A stretch of 64,000 bases of DNA, taken from the NCBI GenBank assembly GCA_977020255.1, contig CDROCS010003826.1, positions 1 to 64,000 on the forward strand, in the 5' to 3' direction. A model generated the notes under the pieces. It was not told the DNA's origin. It did no database searches and worked only from the letters and a program-made list of their open reading frames with translations. Positions 62,906 to 64,000 of this stretch are shown here, piece by piece. The translations under genes and the position numbers were made by a program. This DNA comes from Obrimoposthia wandeli (lineage: Eukaryota). Each line of letters opens with the position of its first letter. Position 1 is the first letter of the stretch.

Positions 62906-64000
62906 TTATACAACATCGTCCGGGTATAAAAAGTGACCATAGGCAACTGATCGGTTTTTCTCCACCCACTTGCGTTTATCATCGCTACTGCTTAAGGTAA
63001 TTTTACTTAACCTTACAGTAAAAAGTTGATGATTTAGCGAGCTTATACGTTGTTGTTGTACACGCTCACTAACGCCACTCTCATATACGGCTAAGTAATT
63101 AGAGTGCCTAATACTTGTCTGTCGGAGACTAATACCTTTTGCTCTCATCTGATATTCACCTTCTGTAGTCTCTAGGCTATATGATTTTGGACGTAGAAAA
63201 ATCCCTTGCCTATAGCTAAATAATCCCTTGCTCTCATCTTTAAATTTTTCTATCGCTGTATTAAGCGTCGTATAAAGCGGATGGGTTTTTGGAAATTTCG
63301 AGGTATCCAACAGCCCATCAGCAATCATTGCGGGTAACAGTGATTCGTGAACATTTACATTATTACATTTCAAGAAAAAGCTATCAGTGTCACCCACTAT
63401 AATTCTAATGTCACAGTTAAATTGAACTCAATATTTCTCCAACTGCTCGATATTTCTCCAACTGCTCGATATTTCTCCATTGTAGGTCATACATACGAAG
63501 TTTGCTTAAATCTAATACTGCCTGGCCCATATAACTAGGACGATCCAAAACAATATTTTCCTTATCCAGTAGAACTGCAATAAGGTCCGTATCGATTTCG
63601 ATTGTCCTACGAAAGTGGGCTTTACTGCAATAGGTAACCAGCTTCTGTGGAGTATTACAAATCCGGAGGTTAATTCTTTTCATCAGATTCTCAATGAGTT
63701 TTTCAAATAAAGAATTCACCTTCAGTTTGTAGTAATCCCGCTCGAAATCTGTTGTAGCCGCAGCTCTTTTGAGAGAATTATCCTCAATATATTTTGAAAA
63801 AACATTAGTTTGTTCAAACTGTATTGCTCTGTATACAAAATCTACCTTAGCACCAAGTCTAACGTACATTTGTAGCAATCTAGGGTTTCTTAGGGTAATG
63901 TGTTAATAACAATTTTTCAGTCTTACACCTTGGTGGACGCTGTTTAATTGGAACAAGGGAAGATCATCGAATTTATTATGAAGCTCATTGGGAATGGATA
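62906..64000 (-). pseudogene. pPolB C-terminal region of Maverick C
   Basis: YYKLKVNSLF, DRPSYMGQAVLDLSK, GDTDSFF, KFKDE, RAKG. A 19-bp duplication near 63440-63480 shifts the frame. Confidence 0.93.

Larger units (their letters stand above)
62111..64000. mobile_element. Maverick copy C terminus and pPolB end (second family); continues beyond the window
   Basis: Starts AGTAGGTAGATGTG, cutting Gypsy B gag. Subterminal TTTGAAATTTG(C/T)GC repeats. pPolB points toward this terminus. Confidence 0.85.

Noticed and set aside
1-64000. Naming the host species; bacterial contamination
   Set aside because: No diagnostic marker for species. Spliceosomal introns, KMT2C/D and metazoan TE families exclude a prokaryotic origin.

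Overview
AT-rich eukaryotic (invertebrate-like metazoan) genomic DNA; no rRNA, tRNA or CRISPR seen. The centre (54919 to 25677, minus strand) holds one host gene. I could join 22 GT-AG exons in phase into a single ~2,700-aa ORF. It encodes the N-terminal half of a KMT2C/D (MLL3/4) chromatin regulator: extended PHD, PHD1-6, HMG box and Gln-rich tail. No FYR/SET half is present in the window. Both flanks are nested mobile DNA. Left: a decayed but near-complete Maverick/Polinton endogenous virus (1 to ~14150; integrase, penton, core protein, major capsid, protease, pPolB, ATPase stub) that also carries a TBP-like gene, short spliceosomal introns and unknown genes. It is followed by a second-family pPolB interrupted by a hAT derivative and a 5.7-kb foldback (Sola2-like) element. 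Right: a Gypsy / Maverick / Gypsy / Maverick nest. Introns carry decayed hAT-Charlie, Tigger/pogo and Merlin transposons. Family calls come from recalled motifs, not database searches. Boundaries of decayed elements are approximate unless TIR/TSD positions are given.
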